Assembly (NCBI GenBank): GCA_009602735.1
Contig: WELA01001079.1
Coordinates: 1-64,000, forward strand
DNA: 64,000 bases
Direction: 5' to 3'
Source: Mesotaenium endlicherianum
Lineage: Eukaryota
Shown here: piece after piece, positions 13,566 to 24,628 of the stretch
Numbering within the stretch: position 1 is the stretch's first letter
Layout of the letters: every line of letters begins with the position of its first letter
Program-made: the position numbers and the translations under genes
The notes under the pieces: model-generated
The model's input: the letters and a program-made list of their open reading frames with translations, nothing else
What the model was told of the DNA's origin: nothing
Database searches by the model: none

Positions 13566-14329
13566 TGAAAGGGGGCAGAGTGCCCTATTGGAAGCGTGGT
13601 AATTCACGAGGAAAGAAACTTATTGCGATCATACTAAAGAGTGCAACGGCATATTACTAAGAAACCTTAGGAAAAATACTCAACATATTGAGTAGCAAGA
13701 AATTGCTCACACATGATGTGGATGAAAGGCCTTGTCATTACACACTCGTAGAAATTTACAAAAGTGAAAACTGATGAGAAAAAAATAAGTTATGTCTATT
13801 TATAGTATTCTGCCTAGGTGCTCTTCTCTAGGAGGAAGCGACGGTATTTATTAAGTGTTCGTCAAATTGTAAGTGTTTGTCAAATTGTCCCTTCCAAAAT
13901 ATTCGTGAGTAGGCCAGGTCAATCTCATCTGACGTGTTGGGCCGAATTGACGTCCACATACATGCATTCGACATTACCAGAATATTCTATCTTAGACGCG
14001 CTAGGCTAAACCGAAACTTCTAGGTAAATCAATCTAGTCGGCACTCCGCGTCAGCTGAACTTACGTGAAGGTTCGAGTTCACTCTAACAGACCAGATTGC
14101 TCGACGCTGTCGTTCAATCCAATGGTCGCGTTCATCGCAAATTAAGGACAATTGTCAACTGACCTCAAAACTATTTAAAACTTCGGAAATCCGGAACTCT
14201 CTTAAAACTTCATAAAATGCGATGAACTTTATTACAAAATGACCACAAAACTGCAATCTACACTTCTATGCAAGCGAAACATACTTTTATGAAACTCAAA
14301 AATGCACTTTATGAACTTATGACTTTACA
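13566..14329 (-). repeat. 5' LTR of element C (family 2)
   Basis: TG...CA termini; adjacent PBS. Confidence 0.9.
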
Positions 14330-14545
14330 TTTCCAATACAGCCACCAGTCTGCTGCACAGCCTTTCTGTAGAGCATTAGTGTGCCTGACCTTTCTCTCTG
14401 AATCATAGTCCTCGGGAGGTTTTGGCTTACTAGGCGCTCTACCACCACCACCTGTGGTTTGAGAACCCAGTTGGACTATGTCACGGAGCAGTGCCATCGT
14501 GATTCTTTTGTCCTTTTGTTAGGACTGATACATGCTCGCCATTTT
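14330..14545 (-). pseudogene. N-terminal gag fragment of another Gypsy element, truncated by element C
   Basis: KPKPPEDYD...KGCAADWW resembles the retrotransposon gag N-terminus. Confidence 0.5.
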
Positions 14546-14608
14546 CGATTGCATCTGAACAAATAAGGCTCACAGATCTACATTCTGAAGTCGTAGCCCA
14601 GCAACCGC

Positions 14609-15796
14609 TGTAAAATGAATCTTGCTTATTCAAGATTAATACAATTCATTTGAATATATAAGATCAAAGATAGGTGGAAGCGTGTGAAATCAGGGAGCAA
14701 TCTTCGCCCTTATAATGAATTCCATTTACTCATCCACACCCCTTGACTCACTTACCGTGGTGCGCCATAGTTGCACACTAACACGAGGCACAAGGAAGAG
14801 GCGAGCTTGAGGACTTGAGCTTCTCCTTTAGAAACTCATGGCATCTTCCCTACCAGACATGCAAGCATGTATAGCACATGCACAACATCAGGGGACTGAA
14901 TAGCAAAGGCGCTCTCATTCAGGTGACCATAATGTAGCTAAAACACATCCCACTGACTTAGGTGCAAAACCATGGAATCTGTCCGCTGTGTGACCCAAAA
15001 TGTCAGAGGGCATAACTCAGCCAATACTACTCCAAATTGGACACACATTACAACAATGGATGTATCTTGACGAGACCTTTCCGAAAAGTTCTACTTTGCT
15101 CCATTTGGAGCGCAGACAAAGCGGCCATGTCTATTTCCGAGAAGGCTGGTCATTAGAACGAACCCAAAAGTGCACACATGACTTGCAAGTAGAAATCCGA
15201 CTGGAAAGCCTACTGTCCAGAATAAGGGACCACGAGATCCCAGCCTGTTATGAACCTAGTGACGACCTGGTTGACCACGGCGCAAGGTGCGCCGTTTTGT
15301 AAGAAATCCGTTAAGTTGGGACCCACGTATCTAGGTATAATGACCATATTAATTGGTCGGTTGACCGAAGTCCTAATTGTTCAGTTGACTGACCACGGCT
15401 CCGCCTACCCAGTTGTTAACTACACTGATAGGACATGGGTATACCGAATCTCAAACGACCTTCCAACTTTCACTATACTTTGGTCACATGTGCCAATCTA
15501 GAAATAATAATCTAACTGAATATATCTTCCATCAGCGTACTGAAGCTCATTGAACTGACTAATATCATGCGAGCTTACTAAATGTCATCCTCCTGATATT
15601 ACATCCTATGTATAACTGGTACATAAATTTTGGCAAACTATACTATGATACAAAACTCATCCTGCTGACCTTCTCAACAAAGTCAGCAAACTCGCATTAC
15701 ATTCATTTAAATCAACTCGAGTATATTGAAATATTACTTATTTAGTGTGGTATTTCTATGCAACTAATTAAATATATAATGAATTGATTCATTACA
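14609..15796. repeat. Probable LTR (~1.19 kb) of an unidentified family
   Basis: Inverted termini TGTAAAATGAATC...GATTCATTACA; same right terminus as 20700-21436; no TSD seen. Confidence 0.5.
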
Positions 15797-16068
15797 CGAT
15801 GCAGCAGCAATTTTAACTTGATTAGTAGCAGCTTTGGCATTCCCAATTGTTGCCGCTCCGGCTATGCTTATTGCGCTCAACTATCTAGAAATTTGAGGGA
15901 GAGATATGACAGCAGAAACAGCAGGAGGTTGGTTTCAAAATTGGCCCTTTCTGCCATTTTCTCTTCCACCGTCCTTTCATTGGGGGCCCTCTTGTGCACT
16001 GCCTCCTCAACCTATTTGGCTAAACGCTCATCCTTAGCCAACTGGGCTACTACTGCGGCAAGAGCTGC

Positions 16069-19000
16069 TGTAGAAAATAAGCAGTCCTAGCTCTAATTGC
16101 TTAGCATGTGCTTTCACATGTGTGGAGGTTGACTGAAGTTTGTGGTCGGTCGAGGCCGACTAATGTTGGCTGAGAGTGTCGATGTGTAGGGCTTCTGATG
16201 ACTAGGACTGTCGATTAGTTCAAGGTAGGTTAGCAGCCGCAAAAGTGAATATAGAAGGGCAGAGAAACTTGTAAGGGACACACTTGAGTAAGAAAGAGTT
16301 GAGCCCCCGAGAAAGAGAGTGCTCCTCTTGATGTCGTGTGCATGCTTATATGTGTTGTGTATGAGCTGCAAGTGAAGTATTTGTCTTGCTATAGAACGAG
16401 TAAGCAATGACAGATGAAGATTTTCAACATGGTATCGGAGCAGGTTCTAACTCTCGGCTCCCGCACTTCGATGGGAAGGGTACTGAGTATCTTGTGTGGT
16501 CGCGAAGAGTGTGTGCACAGTTAGCCAGACATGATCTCAAGGAGATAGTGCTTGGAAATGAAAAAATCCCAGATCCACTCGAAGTGCCCGCTGCAAATGC
16601 TGATGCAGCAACCAGAGAAGCGTATGTTGCGAATGGAGCAGCTAGAGTTGCATGGCGAAAGAGGGAGGCACATGCATTTGATTTGCTTACAAAGAGCTTG
16701 GGTCAGGAGACCTACATGAGAGTGCTGAATTTAGAGACCAGCACAGCGATGTGGGAGTCGTTGAAGAACCTGCACCAGCAGTATAGTGTTGCTAACAAAG
16801 GCACCTTTAAGAAGAAGTTTGCTCTGTTGAAGCAAGAAGAGGGAGAGAGCGTGCAGTCCTACTTCTCCCGCATCAGAGAAGTGTGTGAGGAATTAAAAGC
16901 CTTGGATGCCGAGGTGAATCAAGAAGATCAGGTGATTCAAGCTCTAAATGGATTGGATTCAAAGTTTGAGACCTTCAGAGACTCCTTCTCAGTGCTGACA
17001 ACTGCTAAACTCACCATGGAAAACATTGATTCCAAGTTGCTCATTAAGGAGGTTCAGTTGGAGACCAAAGAAAAGGCAAGCTCATCCACTGAACAGGCTC
17101 TACTCATGTTTGGAGACAGGAAGTTTCGTCTGGTGGGCAATGAGCTAGTGGAGCAGATGGAAGAGCTTAGCGTGGCCAGTTCCAGTCGGCAAGGAGAAGG
17201 ATGGGGAGAAAGGAGGTCAGGATCTCATAGAGGAGGCTATCAAGGCAAAGGAGGTGGAAGCAAGAAAGGGAGATGCTTCATTTGTGGGAAGACAGGACAT
17301 TCTGCACCAAGCTGCGAGGATGCAGTGTGCTTCACGTGCAACAAGAAGGAATATCTGGCCCGGGATTGCAGCCAGAAGAGAGAAGGTACTTCCCTTCACG
17401 ATGCTGAAGAAAATGCCAATGCTGTTACTATAGAGGAGTCACTGGTGTGCAGCGAGCAGGATGAGGATGCCTGGTTTGTTGACTNATTTGTTGACTCCGG
17501 AGCTGCAAGACATGCCACTCCCAGGAGAGAGATCATGCTCGACTACAAGTCCTGCAGTGCACTGCCAGTCAGAGTTGGTGATGGCATGCTGCTGCAAGGG
17601 ATTGGAACTGGAAAGGTGGTAGTCATGACACAGCTAGGCAAGAGGAGGCACAAGTTTACGATGCAGGATGTGCTTCACTGTCTGGGACTAGTGAAGAATC
17701 TGTTTTCAGTGCCAAAGACCACAGCCCTTGGAAACACAGTGGCTTTTGAAGGAAGTGAGTGTCGAGTCATGGAATCGGACAGTGATGTGGTAATGAAGGC
17801 TGTGAAGTCAAGTGTTCAAGGCAGCTTGTTTAAAATCCAGTGCCAAACTGAGATTGCTCTATCTGTAATGGACCAAATTCTTCAGGTTGAGTTTGCACTT
17901 GGTGCACAGGGAGGTGCCAAGCTGGAGAGTGACATCAACCTGTGGCACCAGAGGCTGGGACATGTGAGTGAGCAGAGATTGAAGCAGATGGCACAAGACA
18001 AGGAGAGAGGGCTGCCAAAATTTACAGGGCAGAGTTTAGAATTTTGCAGGGGATATCAGATGGGGAAGCAGGCCAGGAAGGCACTCCCAAAGGGAGAAGC
18101 TTCAAGGGCTAGTGAGCTGCTGGGGTTGGTTCACTCAGATGTGAGGGGACCTGCTAGTGTAACAACCAGATCGTCAAGAAACTTGTAGTACATCACCTTC
18201 ACAGATGACTACTCCAGGAAGACTGAGGTGTATTTCATGAGAACCAAGGATCAGGCGTATGAAAAGTCCTTGAAGTACAAGGCATCCGTGGAGAAGCAGT
18301 TGGGAAAGAAGATCAAGACCCTGAGGATTGATAGTGGGTCTGAGTATGTCAACGGCTACTTTGACAAGTTTCTGTGGGACGAAGGAATCAAGCATGAGCT
18401 GACTATCACTTACTCTCTTCAGCAGAATAGAGTTGCTGAGAGGAAGAACAGGACTTTGTGGAGGCTGCAAGAGCGATGATCTTTGCGTCTGGTTCATCTT
18501 TGAGTCATGGCTCATCTAGACACTCAAGAAGAGAGAGTGTGCTACCTGCTAGATTTGGCTTTGATGAGTATGTAAGTGTGGCTGAGTTGATGGCTGAGGA
18601 GGATGCTGTAGAGAGTGAGGTGGTCTACATGGTAGGTGACTCAGAGCCCAAGACCTTTGAGGCTGCTATGCGAACAGAGGAAGCAGCTAAGTGGAGAAAG
18701 GCTTCTGAGGAAGAGATAGAGTCACTGGCAAAGAATGAGACATGGGACCTGGCAGAGCTGCCACCTGGTAAGAAGGTTTTGGGAGGCAGGTGGATCTACA
18801 GGAAGAAGAGGAAGGCAGATGGATCAGTGGACAGATACAAGGCGCGGTTTGTGGCAAAGGGCTACTCCCAGACAGAGGGAGAAGACTATCATGAGACTTT
18901 TGCACCAGTTGCCAAGATTGCCACAGTGAGAGTCGTGACGCAAATTGCCGCAGTGGAGGATATGGAGATGCATCAGATGGACGTGAAGACTGCATTTCTG

Positions 19001-20509
19001 TATGGAGAGCTGGAGGAGGAGGTCTACATAGAGCAGCCAGAGGGATTCATTGATGAGAAGTTCCCGAAGAAGATGTGCAAGCTGAAGAAGTCCCTGTATG
19101 GACAGAAGCAGTCTCCAAGAATGTGGAACCAGAAGATAGACTCCTTTCTTCATGGTGAGGGATTTGTGAAGTCCAATGCTGACAGCAGTTTGTATATGAA
19201 GGGAGCAGGTGATGACAGGGTGATGCTGGTACTATATGTTGATGACCTGCTGCTCGTTGGCAAGAAGATGGTGGAGGTGCAGAAGGTGAAGGATGCCCTG
19301 AGTCGTGCCTTCGATATGAAGGACTTGGGAGAGGTACAGTTCCTGCTTGGCATTCAGGTGAAGAGAGATAGGGCCAAGAGGATTGTAATGCTGGGTCAGC
19401 CAGCCTACTTGCAGACAGTGCTGGAGAGGTTTGATATGATGGGCTGTAAGCCTGTCAGTGTGCCCCTTGATCCTAAGCACAAGCTGAGCTCGAGTATGTG
19501 TGCTAAGGATGAGCATGAGTGGGAGATGATGTCTCAGGTGCCCATGAGGAAGGTTGCAGGTAGTATCATGTATCTGATGGTGTGCACACGTCTTGATTTT
19601 GCTAACGCAGTCGGGATAGTGAGTCAGTTCATGGAGAATCCAGGCCTTGCACACTGGGAGGCTATGAAGAGGATCCTGAGATATCTCAAGGGGAGACCAA
19701 ACCTGTGGTTGCACCTTGGCGGAAGTAACAGTGTGAGGCTAGAAGGGTGCAGTGATGCTGACTGGGGAGGAGACATAGACACTCGGAAGTCTACAACAGG
19801 CTATGCATTCTCTCTGGCTAAGGGTGCTGTGACCTGGAAGAGCAAGAGACAAAAGGTGGTGGCCTTGTCGTCCATGGAGGCAGAGTATATGGCAGCCTCA
19901 CAGGCAGTGAGAGAGGCAGTGTGGCTGAGAAGACTTTTGGAGGACCTGGGTTATGAGCAGAAGAGGCCCACTGTTATTTTGAGTGATAGTCAGAGCTGCA
20001 TTGCATTAGGGAAGAACCTTGTTGAGCATGCTAGGAGTAAACATATAGATATTCAATACCATAAGTGCAGGGAGTGTGTGCTTGATGGTAGTGTAGAGTT
20101 CAAGTTTGTTAGAACTGATAAGATGGTGGCTGATGCCTTGACAAAGGCTATTCCCAGATTATAGCACCGATGGTGTGCTGAGATGCTAGGAACTAAAAGA
20201 GATAGTGAGCAGATAGATTAGAACTGAGAGAGAGTGTAGAAAATAAGCAGTCCTAGCTCTAATTGCTTAGCATGTGCGTTCACATGTGTGGAGGTTGACT
20301 GAAGTTTGTGGTCGGTCGAGTCCAGCTAATGTTGGCCGAGAGTGTCGATGTGTAGGGCTTCTGATGACTAGGATTGTCGATTAGTTCAAGGTAGGTTAGT
20401 GCTCCTCTTGGTGTCGTGTGCATGCTTATATGTGTTGTGTATGAGCTGCAAGTGAAGTATTTGTCTTGCTGTAGAACGAGTAAGCAATGACAGATGAAGA
20501 TTTTCAACA
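16069..20509 (+). mobile_element. Ty1/Copia LTR retrotransposon, structurally complete but defective
   Basis: LTRs 16069-16429 and 20235-20509 (TG...CA); 5-bp TSD gctgc at 16064-16068 and 20510-20514; PBS tggtatcggagc 16430-16441; PPT gagagagag 20226-20234. Confidence 0.97.
16407..20164 (+). pseudogene. Copia gag-pol (gag with CCHC knuckles, protease, GAG-pre-integrase, integrase, RT, RNase H); frameshifted, integrase C-terminus deleted
   Basis: CFICGKTGHSAPSC; FVDSGAARH; LWHQRLGH; VHSDV; QNRVAERKNRTL; QMDVKTAFL; LYVDDLL; SDADWGG; RSKHIDIQYH. Confidence 0.95.
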
Positions 20510-20686
20510 GCTGCTGCCTGCTCAGGAGCTTCTCTAGCTCCTGCATTGTGCAGCGTTTCCAAGTAGGTACGGGGTCCAAAGACGCGTCCTGCCCTTCTAC
20601 AAAGTTATCATTGTCCTCACCCTCCATTTCTCGAGAGTTGCTAGTTTGAGACCTTGTCCTGACCATACACGACAACTGTGATAACT

Positions 20687-21436
20687 ACTCTGATACAATT
20701 GAAATGAATTGCCTCACCAATAGACAATTAACATTTAATAGAGATCTTTATATCAGCAAGTAATCTGTATGGTATTTTCTATCGACTGATTACACCGCAA
20801 AAGACAACACACTAGCAGTGAATAATACTCGCAAGTCAAATGCAAGTAAACTAGCATCAATTATGGAATAAGTAAACTCATACATAAGCAAGGCTAGAAG
20901 ATCGTGCGTATCAATGGCTTCTCGCCTTGGATTCAGATATCTCTCAGTAAGGAGTACAAGAGAGTTGGCCTCGTTTTCGAATGCCAAACTTGAGACCAAT
21001 ACCTAGGATATGTACAAGGAATAAGTTTATCGTTCAACGGCAAGTGCGATGGCACCGCCTACCCGGGAGCTAACCACGTTGTTAAGACCTCGGCTAACCA
21101 AATTTACAGCCATCTTTCATCATCCCGAATTGCCATCCACCTTAAAGGTGTCATGTGGCAACTCATTTAGCATGCACACTACACTTAGAAGTATAGCTAG
21201 GCAGTTCGCTGCTGCCGAGTACAACAGCCATTTGATTGTCAAAAAATGTGTCAGCAAGCTGACACAAGTCAACAAGCTAACCAATTGGACTTTAGCTTGC
21301 TACTCTCGGCTGAGTCCTTTAACTAAGTATCAAGTATCCAGCAGACTAATTATTAACTGTAGTTCAGGAGACTGAACTTGTTTAACTATTGTATGTTACT
21401 AGATATTATATCCATCCAATATATTGATTCATTACA
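20687..21436 (-). repeat. Probable 5' LTR (20700-21436) and degenerate Met PBS of an old LTR element whose gag start (MVRTRSQ...) was hit by the Copia
   Basis: Termini TGTAATGAATC...ATTCATTTCA on the minus strand followed by ttgtatcagag; gag-like N-terminus at 20510-20666 continues at 15800-16068 across the Copia TSD. Confidence 0.55.
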
Positions 21437-22585
21437 CTGGCCCAAGAGACACACGCGGTTGACCTCGCAGATACCGTCCACCTGCGTGAGGTGTGGAGGG
21501 AAGCCTATTGCACGCTCTATCTCTACGGCACCAGGCCGCTGGAACATGCCAATTTCGAGGTCAATATACATGCTGCGCTGGTCCCCCACGTGGGCCGCGC
21601 TGTCGTAGTGACTCACGAATGTTGGAAGCGCCCTCGTGACATAGTGGAGGACCTAACACTGATTTTGGGAAGGATGTGGAAAAGCGACCACCCGCTGGGC
21701 CAGGCGCGTCACATCGAGGATAGAGTTGACGTTGCGCGCGTGGCGCGGATGTGCGGTTGCCAAGGCCTCGAGCATGCCTGGCATGGCCAAGATGGTGAAG
21801 TAGGCACGCACGCAGTGCGCGAAGAAGTTAATCTGGGTAGCGTGGATGACGTCAAACGGCCAACGTAGCTGTTGCAGAGCTCGAAGTTGGTGCGCACGTT
21901 GGGCCGAGAATTATGGCGGACAGCCGTGTTCTCCATAACCCAGGCGAGCGTGTGCGGCAATTGGCGGTCCTCAACCATGTTGAAGACGCGGAGTAGATGC
22001 CAGAATAAGGCCGTACGCGGGTCATCGAGCGCACCTCCTTGCCCAGCGATGGAGAATCCCTGGCACTCCCAGCCAGCCAGCAATGATGAGGTCAAGTGAC
22101 CCAAGTCGTGTGATGAGCTCGGCGGCGGTGTCCCGGATGTCCATAGACCAGTCGGTCTGGGCACGGTGGAATGCGTGCGCAGTGAAGAGGTCAGTGAAAT
22201 GCTTGTGGCACAAGGACATGTGCCGGCAGACCACCTGCTGCGCCTCGGCATCAGGGTCCAGGTAGACGTACTGACGTACAGGAATGCTAGCTTGCAAGGT
22301 GGCGAGCAGCTCTGTCGCAATGCCGACAAAGAGCCTGTCAAGGACAATGCCAACAAGATGCTCGTCGAGTTGGTCGAAGTAGATAGGCGTAGGGAGGGGA
22401 CGACAGCGCATGGCGGGAACGCTTACCTGCGTAGGAGGAGGATAGATGCGGAGGACACCATGCTGATGGGGCGCTATGCAAAGGGCCGCCACAACGCGCT
22501 CGACACAGTCACAAGTAAGCCTTGGGAATGCGCTCGAATTGCAAGGAGAAGGCCTGGCATCCTTTACATCAGGGACCTGAGGCAT
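21437..22585 (-). pseudogene. Isolated C5 cytosine DNA methyltransferase fragment, probably Gypsy-derived and frameshifted
   Basis: Motif I GIVLDRLFVGIAT; DIRD; motif IV LIIAGWECQGFSIAG; DPRTALF; motif VI WVMENT; motif VIII FAHCVRAYFTIL; motif IX PGAVEIERAIGFP; motif X RVCLLGQ cut by the LTR at 21436; GC-rich island. Confidence 0.85.
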
Positions 22586-24499
22586 AAAAATAAAAATGCA
22601 CTAAATTAATTTTCACTATCTGTATTCTTCTTCTTACATTTTATGCCACACTATGGAAGAATCTTGCCCTTTCTCTTCAAGCACAATTTAGTTGGTGAGT
22701 GAACTCTACAAGTCTTCCTAGATTAGGCCCTATCCTACATTCAAATGAAGCATACTTCACCCTGCTCAGTAACTTCAAGAGCTATGCATCCCTGCTCTTG
22801 TCTCTTGTCCCAAAGTTTCTTCCTGCCAGCACCTCGCTTGGCACCTCCTTGCAAATCTGTGTAAGCTTACATAAGTGTATTGTGTACAACATCCATCGCT
22901 TGTTTGTCCTTCTTTGCAGACCTAACATGATGTTCTATGCTAGCATAACTATCCAAAAGCAACTTGGAATAAGAAGGGCGGTCGTAGAATCCTTCACAAG
23001 TGCCATTAAGACCAGACTCAGGATCATTCGTAACTGCAATATCGGTATCAGCTTCCACTTCGACTTTCTTCAAATCAGAAATAACACGAGTTTGAATTTC
23101 AGCGCGAATACACTATTTAACTATGTAATGACTTGGATAAACCACGTCAATTGCTTTTTGAGCTTTTGCACTTCAAATAACTTTCTAGCATCTTTCATCT
23201 GCTCTCATTTGACATGAAAGTCTACCTCTTCTCTTCAAGGATTCTTCAGATTTCCCCTGAAGAGGTTGTCAAAGGTGCCGCGCTTTGGTCTAGAAGGCTC
23301 CCTCTAGAGGTAGCGGCATTGATGACACAAGTGGAAATGCAGCGTTGTGCGGCGTGGCGCGGCGCAAGAGCACAAACATGCAGTATGTGTCAGTAAGAGT
23401 GAGTAGGTGGCACCCGTGTGCACTCGTGGCACCTTACTGCACCTGAGTGTACCTGATGGCACCTGACTGTGCTGACTCAGCCTGCCTGACAATAACAGCT
23501 ACATGCAGAAATGGGCGGTCAGCGACTTCAGCGATCACATACAAAAATAGCATGATGGCCATAGATATGCACAAATCAACGCAGATTGACGATATAGGAC
23601 GAGAAAGACAAAGCGGGACCAAGCGGGACAAAGCAAGCAAAAAGTTTGAGGGCGACAACGTATGGGCACATCTAAGCTTCACACAAATTATCACCGGTTT
23701 TCAATGCTAAGATTTGTTGACAACGAAATGTTGATATGCCTACAATTGAAAGGAGCAATCCGGGACGCTGAATGTGGTTTAATATCAATCAAGTTCATCA
23801 TTGCAGGCGCTATGTTAGATAGAGCTTGCAATGAAATGCAATATATTGCAATGACGTGCGATAGCTGAGCTGGCTTGCGCTGGAGTGCGACAATGCCGAC
23901 TAACTTCGCCGAGCTTGGTCCCTAATCCAACAGACTACGCGGCGTTCAAGCAACTTTTGAATGAACGCCATTAATTCTAGTTCTTTTGAAAACGACGACA
24001 TAAAACGCGTGTACTGTGAATTTGCCGACTAAAATTCCAGCATTTAGATTTTCCAACCTTGAAAAAACCTATATTTGAAAAAGGATCCATTAAAGATCTT
24101 CATTTTGATTTTCGGGCGTTACTAATGTCGTGCCTAACAGTGTCGGACCCGTGGTGCGTGCGTGTCTTCCCAGCACATGTGCCTTCGACTTGGTTGACGT
24201 GTCGGTGCGTTGCTGCACGTGGGAATCGACCGGGTTGATCTTCCCTTGCACGTGTGTCGGTGACAGTCTGGTTGGGGTTTGACCCATTCCTGGTCTTCTT
24301 GCACTTGCATCATGTGGTGGGGCATCCCACACTTAGTGCTTCCCATGTTCAACCAGTTCCTCATTCAACACTAAGCAGAAATTTTAAAAAAGATAGCTTA
24401 TCTTCAGTTTCCCTTACACCCCTTCCTTTCAGCTGAGGCGTCCCTGCCTTTCTGCTGAAAGCTTTTATTTCCTGGCCCTATGGCTGGGGGTTTTGGGAA

Positions 24500-24628
24500 G
24501 GCAGTCAAGACATTCCCACCGTCCTGCCATAATCTTTTCTTCACCAATGCAGAAGGTGTGCCAACGGGCACCGACTTATCGCAGGTTACCATTGCTTCTT
24601 GATCATCCAACACTTTGCAGCTGGCACA
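24500..24628 (-). other. PHD finger (C4-H-C3) at the integrase C-terminus of element B
   Basis: Correcting a 1-nt frameshift gives CASCKVLDDQEAMVTCDK(C)GARWHTFCIGEEKIMAGRWECLDC. Confidence 0.85.

Larger units (their letters stand above)
7837..14329 (-). mobile_element. Ty3/Gypsy chromovirus (family 2) element C: gag-PR-RT-RH-INT-chromodomain, heavily frameshifted
   Basis: LTRs 13566-14329 and 7837-8576; tRNA-Met-type PBS tggtgtcggagc (~13552-13563); PPT 8577-8590; gag KPEVYTG...PMELG; protease [19 protein letters not shown]...[23 protein letters not shown]; chromodomain EYLLKWKGY. Flanks aaaca and tttcc are not a TSD. Confidence 0.92.

Noticed and set aside
17474..17496. Short direct duplications around single N bases (also near 210, 46974 and 53270)
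   Set aside because: Each duplication is centred on an N, typical of scaffold joins; treated as assembly artefacts, not biological frameshifts.
18687..19714. Antisense ORFs over Copia and Gypsy pol regions (also 47375-48543 and others)
   Set aside because: Shadow ORFs of the coding strand with no recognisable motifs.
21437..22585. Bacterial restriction-modification system or contamination
   Set aside because: No endonuclease partner or operon; frameshifted; interrupted by an LTR; linker and motifs resemble the Gypsy-borne MTases in this window.
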